Assembly (NCBI GenBank): GCA_028710695.1
Contig: JAQTTP010000002.1
Location: forward strand, 90,001-122,000
DNA: 32,000 bases
Source: Candidatus Iainarchaeum sp.
GTDB lineage: Archaea; Iainarchaeota; Iainarchaeia; Iainarchaeales; 0-14-0-20-30-16
Direction of reading: 5' to 3'
The position numbers and the translations under genes were made by a program. The notes under the pieces were generated by a model. That model did not search any database and had not been told where the DNA came from. It saw only the letters and a program-made list of their open reading frames with translations. Shown in pieces: positions 31,428 to 32,000 of this stretch; the stretch's first letter is position 1, and every line of letters begins with the position of its first letter.

Positions 31428-32000
31428 TCACCTTATTAAACTTTCAATCATTTCTTTTGGTTTCTTTATTTTCAAATAATCCAATATTGTTGGAGCAATG
31501 TTTCCTAATACTCCATTACTCTGCAACTTTATTTTTTTTCCTTCTTCAGAAATGAAAATAAATGGAACTTTATTTAAAGTATGTGATGTATGCGGGTTCC
31601 CATTCTTATCAATCATTTGCTCTATATTTCCATGATCCGCAGTTATAATCCAAACCCATTTTTTTAGGTCTAATTTTTTATAAATCTCTTTCAAGCAAAA
31701 ATCCAGGGTCTTTACTGCCTTTATTCCTGCTTTCAGATTTCCAGTATGCCCCACCATATCCCCATTTGCATAATTTTGTATAATAATATTAAATTTATTT
31801 TTCTTTATTGCATTAGTTACATATTCTGTAATTTCTTTTGCCGACATTTCTGGCTCCAGGTCATAAGTTCTAACCCGCGGAGATGAAATTATTTTTCTTG
31901 TTTCACCCTTAAAAGGATTTTCCTTTTTCCCAGAGAAAAAGTAAGTTACATGCGCATATTTTTCTGATTCTGCAATTCTTAACTGTGTTAATCCTGCTTT
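31428..32000 (-). CDS. gpmI: 2,3-bisphosphoglycerate-independent phosphoglycerate mutase (iPGM), C-terminal part; N-terminus off the window
   Basis: NYANGDMVGHTGN, ITADHGNIEQM and TSHTLNKVPF. The frame stays open upstream of the track's Met to base 32000 (LRIAESEKYAHVTYFFSGKKENPFKGETRKIISSPRVRTYDLEPEMSA), matching conserved iPGM blocks. Confidence 0.85.
   Translation of the reverse strand, partial: KAGLTQLRIAESEKYAHVTYFFSGKKENPFKGETRKIISSPRVRTYDLEPEMSAKEITEYVTNAIKKNKFNIIIQNYANGDMVGHTGNLKAGIKAVKTLDFCLKEIYKKLDLKKWVWIITADHGNIEQMIDKNGNPHTSHTLNKVPFIFISEEGKKIKLQSNGVLGNIAPTILDYLKIKKPKEMIESLIR

Noticed and set aside
1-32000. Defence islands, prophage or mobile elements across the whole window
   Set aside because: I could recognise no integrase, transposase, restriction-modification, Cas, toxin-antitoxin or capsid/terminase signatures in any listed ORF. 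I also noticed no inverted-terminal-repeat pairs beyond the short hairpins described.

Overview
Strongly AT-rich archaeal chromosomal segment. The archaeal assignment rests on a TFB gene, a tRNA with a 66-nt intron at position 37/38, an archaeal-type ThrRS editing-domain homologue, a KKG|Q class-III (prepilin-like) signal peptide and FlaI/TadA-type ATPases. Many genes have Shine-Dalgarno-like GGAGG/GGTG leaders and 1-26 nt stop/start overlaps. The gene content (small proteins, heavy investment in surface functions) suggests a small-genome, possibly DPANN-like lineage, but that is inference only. I call about 33 CDS, both edge genes being partial, plus 2 tRNAs. I see no rRNA, CRISPR array, transposase or integrase. 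Bases 1-17577 are entirely minus-strand. They hold a lipid-related pair, a LolCDE-like ABC module with a repeat-domain surface protein, and a tRNA-Cys/tRNA-Met pair in near-identical expression cassettes. They also hold the most interesting region: a ~10 kb co-directional array at 7273-17577. Its order is tandem DsbA-like oxidoreductase, type-IV-filament (TFF) ATPase, two single-domain platform proteins, two LtaS/BcsG-like sulfatase-fold membrane proteins, a processive GT2 synthase, and a membrane-anchored thioredoxin-like protein. A second, differently built TFF locus lies at 20114-25089 (765-aa ATPase, 752-aa fused platform, pilin-like protein). The right-hand third is mostly housekeeping or miscellaneous: methyltransferases, rubrerythrin, a JAMM protease, GNATs and iPGM. 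It also includes a free-standing ThrRS-editing-domain-like protein with a lysine-rich tail. All family assignments come from motifs read by eye. No database search was run.
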